A DNA stretch of 63,802 nt, the filler included, from Octopus bimaculoides (taxonomy: Eukaryota): NCBI RefSeq assembly GCF_001194135.2. It is 5 parts of 4 records of this genome, joined end to end, with 100 filler letters (N's around TTAATTAATTAA, not from the genome) between each part and the next. Parts side by side here need not be neighbours in the genome. Positions count along the whole stretch, not along the records: positions 1 to 16,197 come from NC_068992.1; 4 more parts are not named here. One strand, 5' to 3'. Below are positions 1 to 12,121 of this stretch, in pieces (position 1 is the stretch's first letter; every line of letters starts with the position of its first letter). The notes under the pieces are model-generated. The model did not search any database. It had not been told where the DNA came from and worked only from the letters and a program-made list of their open reading frames with translations. The translations under genes and the position numbers were made by a program.

Positions 1-41
<41 letters not shown>
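1..41. repeat. (GATA)n microsatellite
   Basis: About 10 perfect GATA units at the window start. Confidence 0.97.
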
Positions 42-204
42 TCAGGTAGGTAAATAAATAGGTGAATAAGTAGATATGTAGGTAATTAGGTTGTTAGTGT
101 AGATATGTAGATCATTAGTATATTATGTAGGTAGTAGGTAGGTATGTGTGGGTACAGGCAGATAGATAAATAGGTAAATAGATAAATAGGTAGTACAGCC
201 AGAC

Positions 205-700
205 ATGCATATACACACACACATCAACACACATACACAAGAACACTGGAACACACAACCATACACACACACACACCATGCACATGCACATACACACAGT
301 CAGGTATACATAAGCACACATGCATGCACATATACATGCACAGGCACACACACACATACATACACACATACACTATGCATACATAAGCACACACAAGGAC
401 ACAGGAACACAACCATATATACACACACACCACATATATGCACATACTCACACATACATGCACAAGCACACACACATACACAAGGCATACATACTCCATG
501 CATACACAAACACACACACAGGCATGTAGGGGTGCACACACAAACACATACACACACATGCACACATGTACACACACATACACACAAACTCACACACACA
601 TGTGAATGCAGGAATACATAGGCACATACATACACACGAGCATACAAGCATACACATATGCATGCACACATACAAGAACATGCTCACAGACAATCACACA
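205..700. repeat. Degenerate CA-rich low-complexity tract
   Basis: Interrupted (CA)n/(CATA)n. It is the source of the spurious His/Thr and Cys/Val ORFs in the track. Confidence 0.92.
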
Positions 701-946
701 TACACTTACCATATTTCCTGCCTACCCTCTTTCCCACAGGAAAGAACTACACCCGAAACACATCTCACAACCCACCCCATAAACCTACAAATCTACAGCA
801 GACATAAGACAAGAATGAAGCAACATACTAGGTGTCCCAGAAAGACTTACCCATTGATATTTCTTAATTATTCAAAATAAACTGAAGGTAAGATAATGAA
901 ATTTGGCACTTATGTTCTATTGTAAATTGTCAATCCATTGCAGTAA

Positions 947-1880
947 TTACACTTCAAAATGACCATCTTTCATCTTTATCATAGCCTACAAACTAGTGGC
1001 CACTGAGTTGCATGAGCACCATAACACTTCATCCAACTTGACCTGTGAAGACAGAAGGGCCTTCTTCAGATCTGACACATCTGAATAGGAGCAAGCAAAA
1101 ACATTACTCTCTAAGATGGACTAGATAGCTAAGTCCATGGGATTGATGTCTGGATTTGAGGGAGGTCATAACATTTCATCCCCAAAACCACTAAAATGTT
1201 CTTTGTACCACCTCTGTGTCAAATTGGATATGTGGGCTGGAGTCCCATCTTGTGTGATGATGTAATGGTCATTAAAGGTTTCTGTGACCCAGGGTAATAC
1301 TTTCTCATCCAACATTTCCACATAAACTTCACTGTTGATTTTGACACTAGCATCAATGAAGATCAAGGGAGACTTGGACCCATCAGATGCAACTGCGTCC
1401 CACACCATGAGTGAAGCTGGCCTCTGAAAGTGTAGATGACTCCAACTACCTTCAGGCAAGTCTTCTGCATTACGTGCATAAAGTCTGTCATTCTGACTGT
1501 TAGTAACTGCCTCCACAGTGAAGATCTTCACGTTGAGCCAGATCAACACTTTGTTAGCAGCACACTTCAGCTCAACTAACACAGTTTTACTCCTGCTGAG
1601 CCATTTTTTCTTGAAAACTGTGGAAATTAACTGCCAAGATTGTTTCTTGTATGCAGTTAGTTTTAAATCCTCTTTAAAAATCCTGTGCATTAACGATTTT
1701 GAAATATCAAGAGCTTTTGTAGTTTTTCTTGCACGCCTGTGGGGATTTCAGTTCATTCCCTCCTTCACAACTTCAACAGTTTGTTTGGTACGAATCGATC
1801 ATTTCCTACCAGGAATTGACTTGCTAGAGGTAGTAGCAAGCTCCATATATTGCTTCTGGGTATTGAACACTGTTTTATGA
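947..1880 (-). mobile_element. Decayed Tc1/mariner-superfamily transposase, DD37D (maT) type
   Basis: ORF 1166-1690 contains WLNVKIFTVE (decayed WSDEKIFTVE), LMVW and QDGTPAH. It continues through stops to PPSNPDINPMD...KDGHFEV* (TAA at 947-949). I count 37 residues between the D of QDG and the D of NPMD. Confidence 0.9.
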
Positions 1881-2159
1881 CACACATTCAACTGTTCTGT
1901 TATGTCCTTGTTGCACACTCCAGCTGTTTTCAATGCAACAATCTAGTCACATTTTGCTTTTGGCACCATGTTTGTTTACAAACCTGTTATAGACAAACAA
2001 AACAATAGACACATGAACAAAAGACATATGCAAATCTTTATGTAAAATATAGATAATATTACCTGAACTGATACTTTTTAGGAAGAGTTTTAAATATGGG
2101 TAAATCTTTCTGGGAGACTCTGTAATCAAAAGGTGAAGCTTGAAAGAAGTCAGCAAGGC

Positions 2160-2219
2160 CTGTGCACATACACCCACTAACACACAAACACACATACAAG
2201 CAGGTTGCATACACAGCCA

Positions 2220-2254
<35 letters not shown>

Positions 2255-2410
2255 CCATACATACACATAAAAGCACACACACACACACACACACAACCAT
2301 GCATACGCACACTCATACACACAAGCACACACACATACACACACACACACTAAGTTATCACTCATCATCACCTTTACCTCCTCTCCTAAACTACACACAC
2401 ATACAAGTAA
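2160..2410. repeat. (CA)n-rich microsatellite
   Basis: Perfect and interrupted CA runs. Confidence 0.92.
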
Positions 2411-4189
2411 CAAGGTCTCAGACAGGCAAATGCAGCCGCAATAATGAACTGAAGAGAAGTCCCTCAAAAGGTTGCAAATGGCAATGAAAGAACTTTGACA
2501 AACAAAAAAAAAAGAAAATGATTGTTTAACCAACAAATTAAACAAATGATAGGTTGATTAGTTGGGTAGATATTTAACCAATACTAATAATGCAGGAGTG
2601 GAATTGAACCAGTGCAAGTGCTATTAATATTAGCAGAATGACTCTCCCTAGGCACAAATCTCTCTGCCCCCTACTTCTCTCCACCCCTACCTCTCTTCTC
2701 CCCTTCCACATGACCAGTGTTCTGCCAAGCCTGACCTTTCTTTCTTGGTTTGACTACCATCCATGCAGCATCTCTTATATTCCTTCCCATAACTTTCATC
2801 TCTTATGTTCCTGCCATAAGGCTTCACTTCCACATATGCCAGCTTAATTTAATTCATCCTTAGTCAAAAGACACTTGTTAATGTCCTGTTGTTTGTATTT
2901 GTAATTGTGTACCATTTCTCCGTTTTTTCGTCCTTGTTTTCATATACATTTGCTTGCTTTCTTCCAAGGAGTCTAGTGTTCTTAACTTAGATTTTCTTGG
3001 GGTCAGCCAGATTGGAGCAGTCTTGAGTGTAACCGGCCAAAACTACAACAATGATCTGGAACTCGACTGATGAATGAAAGCTCCAAATGACCCATCCTTT
3101 CTTTTTCTTGTCCTTTTTTGTATCGTCTAACTGTCCAGATGTTTTGTTGTCGCCTGTTACATTCTTGTTCCATTTTTTGTTTTCTTCTTATATACACACA
3201 CACACACACACACACATTATCAAACAGATACTAGATTACTCGCTCATTCTTGTAGCCCCAAGAATGGTAGACTATATGCTTTTAATATATTGGGCTTCTA
3301 GATTTCGTTTCTAGGCCATGTTTTCTTTCCTATTCCTTCTTCCCTTTGTTTATATTGGATGCTCTTATTCTTTACTCTGATGAAGCTCCGTGTCTTAATC
3401 CAAATGTCGTATGAAGACGAAGAATTTTATTTTCGCAATAATTTATAGAGAGTACTTGGCAACAGATGTGGAAACAGCCGTAAGATTTTTTACGTCACCT
3501 ATTTGTTATGTCATACTTTGTATATTAAAAAATAAGCTATAAATGTGGTCCAATCGATGTGTTTGTTAATCTGAGGTTTTCTCCATTTTCTGATTATTTT
3601 TATTAGGTTTCTGATAAACTTTTGTTTATCCTGTTGCTATCTGCACCCTACATGTATGGTGTGCCTGCACACCAACGCCCGGGGATAGCATGGGTAACGA
3701 ATACCAATAGTACATATGGATATTTTATCCCTTAGTCGGTTATTACAACTGCTAACTCTGTTTACACTATGTGTGTGTGTGTGTGCACGCGCATGTGTGT
3801 ATGTGTGTGTGTATAATGGCCTTCTTTCAGTTTACATCTACCAAATTCACCCACAAAGCTTCTTACCACACAGCCATGCCTGCACTGTGCTTCTTTTTCA
3901 GATATACGATACACTGACGATGTGTGTGTGGGTGGGTGAGTGTATGCATGTGCGTGCATGTATAGGTATATCCTTATAATTGTTTTAATGTCCTCTTTTC
4001 CATGTTAGTGTAGGTTAGACAAAATTTATCAAGGCAGATACCTTCCTGTCACCAACCCTCGCCAGTCTGCAAGTGAGGTAATATTTCCCTTAGTTCTTTG
4101 AATATGAACATTTACAACTAACAACGTCAAGACAGAGACACAAACATAAATACACACACATGCACACACATACATACTCACCCACACAT

Positions 4190-4330
4190 ATAAATGTATG
4201 ATGAGCTCCTTTTAGTTTTTATCTACCAAATCCACTCAGGGTTTGGTCAGCCCAGTGTTATAGTAGAAAACAATTGTCCAAGGTGCAGTACAGTGGAACT
4301 GAACCCAAAACTGCAGAGTTATGAAGTGAA
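4190..4330 (-). mobile_element. SINE family A fragment (tRNA head, CORE-like box)
   Basis: Reverse complement of the ...CCTTGGGCAAGTGTCTTCTACTATAG...GTGGATTTGGTAGA... segment of the full copy at 6933-7349. Confidence 0.75.
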
Positions 4331-4338
4331 CTTCTTTA

Positions 4339-4340
<2 letters not shown>

Positions 4341-4415
<75 letters not shown>
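4341..4415. repeat. (TG)n microsatellite
   Basis: Perfect TG run of about 37 units. Confidence 0.97.
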
Positions 4416-4418
<3 letters not shown>

Positions 4419-5479
4419 ACATGCATGTATTTAGACAGACACATATGCAGTACGTGCAGAAAACTATATCTTTGAATTGTTGCACACATTGAAAGGCGCT
4501 CATACTTTGAGGGAAAACACCTTATGTAATTTTATAAATTTCTTACATCTGCTCTGAAATATTTCATTTGAGGATGTTAAACACAGGAATTTTAAGTTAA
4601 TCACACCATTGATTATATGATGTGAAATATTAAACTTGCTTTGAGAATTACTATTCTGCTGGGGATTTCATCAAAATATTTAGAGAAAAGTCAGCTTCAA
4701 ACACCTGCTCTTTTTCAGTATTTTTCAGTATATCCAGGTTTTACAGAATTGTTGAAAAGCAGTAAATAAAACACAACTAATGTGTTCCAGTCAGTAAATT
4801 GACTATCTTAATGCTTCATCTAAGATCTAAATTTTTAAAATTATAACATGATTCATTATTCTGTTCCAGAAATTACTGACAGTAATAGTAGAATAACTTT
4901 CATTGACTTCTATAATTTCTGATATATACATTTTCCCTCCTCATACTTGAAGCTTTTTCCTAAAGAACTAGCAGGTGTACATTTAATATAAGCTTCTGGC
5001 ATCCTCATTTTATAAGTAAGAAATGGAATTAGATAATCTACAGCACAATAACAAAATTTTTCACTGAGTTACATATACACTGTCATATTAAAAATACATA
5101 CATTTTTGTTGAATTAAATTCTCATTCAGAAAGAGACTACTGTGGCATTCTAAATTGCTCTTATTTATCTAACCAGTTGCAGACATTTTAAAATAGCTAA
5201 AAGCATCACTATTTTTATAGATATATTTGCTTTAATGTTTGAAATCCTATGTTCCAAGTATGTTCCAAGTGATATACTGACAAGAGTTGGTTAGATCAAT
5301 ATATTTAAAGATTTACACAAATATTTACAGAACATGTGATTTACAGATAAAGATATTTGGTACTATCATTCAACTGACAAGAACACAGAATAGGGATTTA
5401 ATTACTAGTACTGGTATGAAAGATTGAAGAAGATAAAAATCACTTAGAACATAAGTAGTCCTGAGTTTGTAAGAGCTAA

Positions 5480-5590
5480 ATTCTTTAGAAATAAGCTGGC
5501 AGAGTCATTAGAGCATCTAGCATTTGTTTCTTCTAATTCTTTACATTCTGAATTCAAATCATGCTGGGGTCAACTTTGCCTTCCATCCAT
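5480..5590 (+). mobile_element. SINE family B fragment, degenerate
   Basis: AAGCTGGCAGAGTCATTAG head and GTCAACTTTGCCTTCCATCC core, matching the copies at 45327 and 61811. Confidence 0.65.
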
Positions 5591-6151
5591 CTGTGCTTGA
5601 TACAATAAAGTGCTTATCAAATACTGGGTCTTATGGGGACAATTTACTCACTCTGCTCAAACTGCCTGGCTCTCTGAAACAACAATACCAGCAACAATTG
5701 CCACAGCTGCTATCATCATTAATACTATTACCATGTGTGCATGTGTATAGGTAAGTATATGTATTATGTATGTGTGTATGTACATATATTTATGATGATT
5801 GTCTAAGCTTGCACAACACTTTTGCTACTCTCTGTCACCATGGTAAGTTCCAGTGACAAACATTGCAAGATGACTGGTACTTTTTTAGCTGCAAGCTCTA
5901 TGTGAGCATATCTTTCTCCTAGAAGAGCTACCTTCCCAATGGTTTTGTCAAAAATAACAGGAGCCTCCACTACCATTGAAAAATCTATTTAACCCATATA
6001 TGAAACCCTGAGAGGTACTACCATTCTGGGTCAGAATGGAGTTGGGAGTAAAGGTAATTAAGGGGTGACTCCAGATTCCCCCCAACTTCAGAACTCTTGA
6101 ACTGGAACCTCAACACTGGATGCAGTTACATGTCACACATATACATATATA

Positions 6152-7104
6152 CATGGTCTGAGCAATAAGAATCTGGACTGTTATCATAGTAATGAAGCTA
6201 AAGCACACAGAGTGAAGCTGCTTAGCACAGATTGACCTTGAACTCTGCTGTGCATGTGCAGTAAGTTTTAACATTCTAGCTCACTGCCACTGTTTACAGC
6301 AGTGCTTGGGAAGAAGGTGTGTAGCATGTGATCATCGCATTGAACATGACAGAGAAAGTTAAGCAGAGAATCTGCATCAAATTTTGCCAAAAGCTTGGCC
6401 ATACCTGCTCAGAGGCCTACACACAGTTTTCTAAAAGTTTTCATCATTTTCAATACAATCAAAGAGATCTTGTGCAACTGAAACCCAAGTGTCTTTTTGG
6501 TCAGCTGAAAGTAGTTTTGGCACAAACTTGGTAGACACATGTCCTATACCCAAATCTTCAGTGATAATGGACTGAACTGAACCATAACTAATCTGTACAT
6601 CCTCTAATAACTCACGGATAGTGATTCAATGATTTCCCCTCACAGTTGCATGCACATCTGCAATGTTTTTCTCAGTTCTGAAGGTTGTGGGTCTCCCAGA
6701 ATGTTCACCAATATTGACATTTTTTCAGCTATCTTGGAAATGTCTGAACCGCTCATATATTTGTGTGTGACTCATACACTACTCTCCATACATTTTCTGC
6801 AACTTTGTGTAGGCCTCTGAGCAGGTATCACCATGACAACTTTCTTTGTCATGATCACATGCTATACACATTCCTTCCAAGGACTGCTGTAAACAGCAGA
6901 AGTGAGCTAGAATGTTAAAACTTAGTGCACATAGGCGTAGGAGTGGCTGTGTGGTAAGTAGCTTGCTTATGAACTACATGGTTCCGGGTTCAGTCACACT
7001 GCATGACATCTTGGGCAAGTGTCTTCTACTATAGCCTCAGGCCGACCAAAACCTTGTGAGTGGATTTGGTAGACTGAAACTGAAAGAAGCCTGTCATATG
7101 TATG

Positions 7105-7135
<31 letters not shown>

Positions 7136-7453
7136 ATGTTTGTGTGCCTGTATTTGTCCCCCCAACATCACTTGACAACAGATGCTGGTGTACTTACGTC
7201 CCTGTAACTTAGCTGTTCGGCAAAAGAGACCAATAGAGTAAGTACTAGGCTTACAAAGAATAAGTCCTGGGGTCGATTTGCTCAACTAAAGGCGGTGCTC
7301 CAGCATGGCCACAGTCAAATGACTGAAACAAGTAAAAGAGTAAAAGAGTATGCACAGCAGAATCCAAGGTCAATCTGTGTTAAGTGGTTTCACTTTGTGT
7401 GCTTTAACATCATTACTATAACAATGGTCCAGATACTTATTGATCAGACCTCG
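6152..7453. mobile_element. Non-autonomous fold-back mariner (classical mariner family) with about 270-bp inverted arms
   Basis: TA-flanked ends: TA|CATGGTCTGAGCAATAAGAATC and GATACTTATTGATCAGACCTCG|TA. The left arm 6152-6423 is the reverse complement of 6806-6932 plus 7350-7453. The minus strand of 6420-6830 encodes a mariner N-terminus with stops (TCSEAYTKLQKMYG...HSGRPTT...ITIREL...SYGSVQSIITEDLG...KFVPKLLS...ENF*KTV). Confidence 0.9.
6933..7349 (+). mobile_element. SINE family A, full length, nested in the mariner arm
   Basis: tRNA-like head GGCGTAGGAGTGGCTGTGTGGTAAG...GGTTCAGTC, CORE-like TTGGGCAAGT, internal (TG)n and a (TAAAAGAG)n tail. The mariner arm sequence resumes exactly after it. 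Confidence 0.93.
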
Positions 7454-7506
7454 TATGTATACACATGTGTAAATGGCTATATAAACATGTGTGTGTGGCA
7501 CGGTGT

Positions 7507-8450
7507 ACAGGGTATTCAGACTAAATTTAATGACTTTTTCGTCTCTTTTTCACAGGAACAGTTTGATGTATTGGTGAAGAGTCAATGGCATTGGTGAGCA
7601 TAAAGTTGACAAAAAAGTTAGCTGAGATGGAGGACTGGAGTCCATCTGAATATTGGAAAAGAGTTACCTGTCGTGATGATTCATACCAGGTATCAAAATG
7701 CTAACATCATGATTGCTGCTTAATGCTCCATGAACATTGTAAGAACCATGAACCATGAAAACTAAGTTCCCCCACACTGTGATGGTCTTTGGATGTGTCT
7801 CCAGTGACGGTGACGTCAGGTCACTCTGCATCTTTGAACAAGGCCTTAAGTTCACTTCAGATAGCTATGTGAAGCTGCTGGGAACTGTGGTCAATCCCTG
7901 ACAGGAGAGGGTTGCTGCTGGAACGATATATGTGTGGCAACAAGATTCAACTCCTTGCCATATCACTAGAAAGAGTTACAAGTGATTGTTGGAGAATTTC
8001 TATGACATCACTAACCCTAATTTCAGGCCTTCTAATTCTTCTGATTGTAACCCCATGGATTACTATGTGTGGGGCCCAGTTGCAAAAGACACCAACTGCT
8101 CTACTTGCAACACCAAAGCTGAGCTGGTGGCCACGATCAAGGAAGTATTCGAAGATTTTCCAAGGACCACAGTGAGGAATGCATGCACCAAGTTCCAGAG
8201 CCATCTTGAGGCTGTGGTGGAAACTGAGAGCAGCTACTTTGAGTAAACTGTTATCTCCTAGCCATAATCATCATCATCATCATCATCATCATCATTTAAC
8301 GTCCACCCTCCATGCTAGCATGGGTTGGACGATTTGACTGAGGACTGGTGAACCAGATGGCTACACCAGGGTCCAAATAATTTTATTTGGGATAGTATAT
8401 TGTTTTATTTTCCTTTTATGCAAATTGTCAAATTTAGTGCAAACACTCAG
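7507..8450 (+). mobile_element. Internally deleted DD37D (maT) element; transposase C-terminal half at about 7755-8246
   Basis: Starts TACAGGGTATTCAG. Translation reads KFPHTVMVFGCVSSDG...VWQQDSTPCH...SDCNPMDYYVWG...ETESSYFE*, with 37 residues between the second and third D. The right end is uncertain (weak inverted match at 8431-8452). Confidence 0.82.
8268..8378 (-). mobile_element. 3' end of RTE-type retroposon with (GAT)n tail
   Basis: Reverse complement of ...CGTCCAACCCATGCTAGCATGG...GGACGTTAAATGATGATG; same sequence as 10581-10795 and 15889-16197. Confidence 0.8.
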
Positions 8451-9184
8451 TGGCCATTACTGCCAAAGGGTTTAAAGCTATGGTCACTAACAACATGCTG
8501 TATTAAAACCAAGCAAAAAAGAGTTTATTTCATGGGATACTCCTTGTAAAATCATCTGACAAGATACTTCTGCACTGAGGGATGCACCACAACCAGTTGT
8601 ACAGTACTTCATCCATGAGGGATCGATGCAGGGTGGGTTGAAATGATCATTGTGAGCAATAAAGTTTCTCGTATACTCCTTTTTCTGTCTCTAACATTTG
8701 TTATATATATTATTTTATTTGTATATTGTATATTGCATATTAATTTCATATTCATATGTTCACTTTCTGTCATGTTTGGTCCCTTGTTCATTGGTTTGCT
8801 ATTTCTTGGTGGCATCTCCCCACTGGTGCAACCAAAAGGGAGTCATATTCTCATTAAAAGTGCAAAATTGATGAGAACTTTTGACTGATAACTGATGAGG
8901 ATTTTAAGATCTTCTGTGTCTGTTTTCCATGTGTTTGTGCTTATATATATATTATATATATTATGTGGCTTTTTAAACTTTTATGCTAGCATGGAAAGCG
9001 GACGTTAAACGATGATATATATAAATCCAAGAAAGTTAGGGGTTGTAAATCCAACCCACTAAGGGATAATATCTATCCAATATACTGCTGGAAGAATACC
9101 CAATTATTATTACACTAGTGTTTTTTCATTGCATTACCAAGTGCAATAAATGGGTGCAGGTAAAAAGATATTTTACCATTAATT

Positions 9185-9377
9185 TATATAGCAATAAGAA
9201 AATGGAGGGGAATTTCTGTCACTATATGTCATTTTTTAATTACTGATATGTCACATGTGTTTGTATATTGTTATTATTGTCCTTTTAGTAAACAAATAAA
9301 CAAGTAAATTGACACAATACAATGTCTGAAAGTTGATGAATACCACCTATTCCCCTCCATTTTCTTATTGCTATATA
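9185..9377. mobile_element. MITE with perfect 29-bp terminal inverted repeats
   Basis: TATATAGCAATAAGAAAATGGAGGGGAAT (9185-9213) and its exact reverse complement (9349-9377), in TA context. Confidence 0.85.
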
Positions 9378-9388
9378 TATATATATAT

Positions 9389-9530
9389 ACTAGCAGAGGC
9401 ACCCGGCGTTGCTCGGGAATGAAATTGTTGCTTATTGGTACTTGGAAACTTTTACGAAAATTAAAATGGGGATTAAATGAAACAAATGATTTACGTGAAT
9501 ATCCTCACAAGAGTAATTGAAATAAATGGC
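9389..9530 (+). mobile_element. 5' end of a Helitron/Helentron-like non-autonomous element
   Basis: ACTAGC start inside a TA run, followed by the CCCGGCGTTGCTCGGG stem-loop; same 5' motif as 10812. Confidence 0.6.
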
Positions 9531-10580
9531 GATTGTGGAACCCCCACGCACGCACACACACACACACACAGAGTATTACACATCAGATGAAATGGACGTG
9601 TGTGTGTGTGTAACAGAGAGAGAGAGAGTGAGAGAGAGAGTGAGAGAGAGAGGTTTGTTATCATGTATACGTACATGCATAAATATGCATACATCTTTGT
9701 GTGTGAGTGTGTGTGTGTGTGTGTGTGTATGAGAGAGAGAGAGAGAGTAAATACTACATACACAACGCTCTCTCACTCTGTCTCTCACACACACACACGC
9801 ACACATACATCCAAAAATGATGGATGCATATGACAACACACCCCTTGACTCACTCACACTCTGTTTCTTACAAACACACACATACNNNNNNNNNNNNNNN
9901 NNNNNNNNNNNNNNNNNNNNNNNNNNNNNNNNNNNNNNNNNNNNNNNNNNNNNNNNNNNNNNNNNNNNNNNNNNNNNNNNNNNNNNNNNNNNNNNNNNNN
10001 NNNNNNNNNNNNNNNNNNNNNNNNNNNNNNNNNNNNNNNNNNNNNNNNNNNNNNNNNNNNNNNNNNNNNNNNNNNNNNNNNNNNNNNNNNNNNNNNNNNN
10101 NNNNNNNNNNNNNNNNNNNNNNNNNNNNNNNNNNNNNNNNNNNNNNNNNNNNNNNNNNNNNNNNNNNNNNNNNNNNNNNNNNNNNNNNNNNNNNNNNNNN
10201 NNNNNNNNNNNNNNNNNNNNNNNNNNNNNNNNNNNNNNNNNNNNNNNNNNNNNNNNNNNNNNNNNNNNNNNNNNNNNNNNNNNNNNNNNNNNNNNNNNNN
10301 NNNNNNNNNNNNNNNNNNNNNNNNNNNNNNNNNNNNNNNNNNNNNNNNNNNNNNNNNNNNNNNNNNNNNNNNNNNNNNNNNNNNNNNNNNNNNNNNNNNN
10401 NNNNNNNNNNNNNNNNNNNNNNNNNNNNNNNNNNNNNNNNNNNNNNNNNNNNNNNNNNNNNNNNNNNNNNNNNNNNNNNNNNNNNNNNNNNNNNNNNNNN
10501 NNNNNNNNNNNNNNNNNNNNNNNNNNNNNNNNNNNNNNNNNNNNNNNNNNNNNNNNNNNNNNNNNNNNNNNNNNNNNNTA

Positions 10581-10795
10581 TACATTTATCGCCTGACTGG
10601 CCTTCGTGCGGGTGACACGTAAAAGCACCTACTACACTCTCTGAGTGGTTGGCGTTAGGAAGGGCATCCAGCTGTAGAAACTCTGCCAAATTTAGATTGG
10701 AGCCTGGTGTTGCCATCCGGTTTCACCAGTCCTCAGTCAAATCGTCCAACCCATGCTAGCATGGAAAGCGGACGTTAAACAAAGATGATGATGAT
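10581..10795 (+). mobile_element. 3' end of RTE-type retroposon (young, CpG-rich)
   Basis: GGCGTTAGGAAGGGCATCCAGCTGTAGAAAC...CATGCTAGCATGGAAAGCGGACGTTAAAC followed by (GAT)n. Confidence 0.82.
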
Positions 10796-10811
10796 ATATA
10801 TATATATATAT

Positions 10812-12112
10812 ACTAGCTGTTGAACCCAGCATTGCTCATGTTTTCCATGTTGAAGTTAAACCCACCTCTGACCTTGTATTGAAATCTTCTACATTCCCCA
10901 TGCCAACTATTACCCATTAAGATGTTATATCTGGTCCGGCAGGGATTTTACTCGGTTAATGCTTTTGACATACTGGACCGTCTGAAATCGCAGTCAAACT
11001 TTTGGGTGTACCTCGACCTGTTGAGAATAATGTTTGTTTATTTCTCTCCCCTTAATGCCACCCTCTGTACAAAATTGATCAGTGTGTCCAATCTCAGCAA
11101 AATCCAAAGAAATGTGTTAAGGTTATGTCATAAAACAGAATCCATGTGAAATATCACATGAAAATATCCCATTGACTCTTAAATCCCAATACATTATATG
11201 AATAATCAATGTTTCATATGTCGAAGTGCTTAATTTTACTCATGGGTGAATTTTTTTCAAAATCAGTTCATTATTTTATTGTGAGTGAATTGTGACGATT
11301 TCTGCCTTTCACCAGTTTAGTTTTAATTCTCCTACATGACTCCGACCATAAATTTTACCTAAATGCCAAATTTCATCAAAATCGATTGAATTCTGTAAAA
11401 GTTACAGCATAAAGTATTAATCCTGTGGGTAATTGCATACAAAAAGTTTATTGATTTCTCAAAATTCCTCATGCATGCACACTTATCGATTTTTTGTCAA
11501 CTCTTCATGCTGGCATTAACTAATGGACATGAACTGTAATCACCTGTAAAATTTCTACAAAATCGATAAGAATGACTCTAAAGAAATGCTTATTTGCATT
11601 TGTGCCCTTTTCAAGCCCTTTTGAATTAAATAAATACCTTTACCGTCTCCCCACCACAAAATTTACCTACATCTCAAATTTCATTAAAACCATTAAAAAA
11701 ATATAAAAGTTATGGCCAAAAATAAAATCCCTATGTGTATTTGCATGCAAAAAGCCTATTGATTTTATAAAACCACTGCTCAGGTGCAATTATCGATTTT
11801 TTGTCAACGCCATTTACTCACTGCCATAGGCCTCGTTCACTCGTTGATTTTCATCAAAATCAGACAAAAAATGCAGAAGCTGCAGGAAAAATAACATCGT
11901 TATGGGAATTTCCATTCAAACGCCTGATTGAGCTCACAAAAATCGAAGCCAACTGAGTATTATCGAGTTTTCTAAAAATTCCAGCCTTACTTGAACTTCA
12001 GGGCATGTAATCTACCTCTGTGCCAAAAATCATTAAAATCGGTTGGACAGTGTGGGAGGAATTAGAGTAACCCCAAACTCACATACAGACAGACACCATT
12101 ACACATTTATGT
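10812..12112 (+). mobile_element. HINE-like (Helentron-associated) element with internal core repeats
   Basis: ACTAGC 5' end in (TA)n; recurring AAATTTCATCAAAATCG modules at about 11368, 11548, 11676, 11846 and 12024; 3' ACAGACAGAC microsatellite and ATTTATGTAT end. Confidence 0.7.
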
Positions 12113-12121
12113 ATGTATGTG

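Noticed and set aside
1166-1690. Functional or domesticated transposase (also 43432-43776 and the LINE ORFs at 46819-48707)
   Set aside because: In-frame stops, frameshifts and mutated catalytic residues show these are decayed copies.
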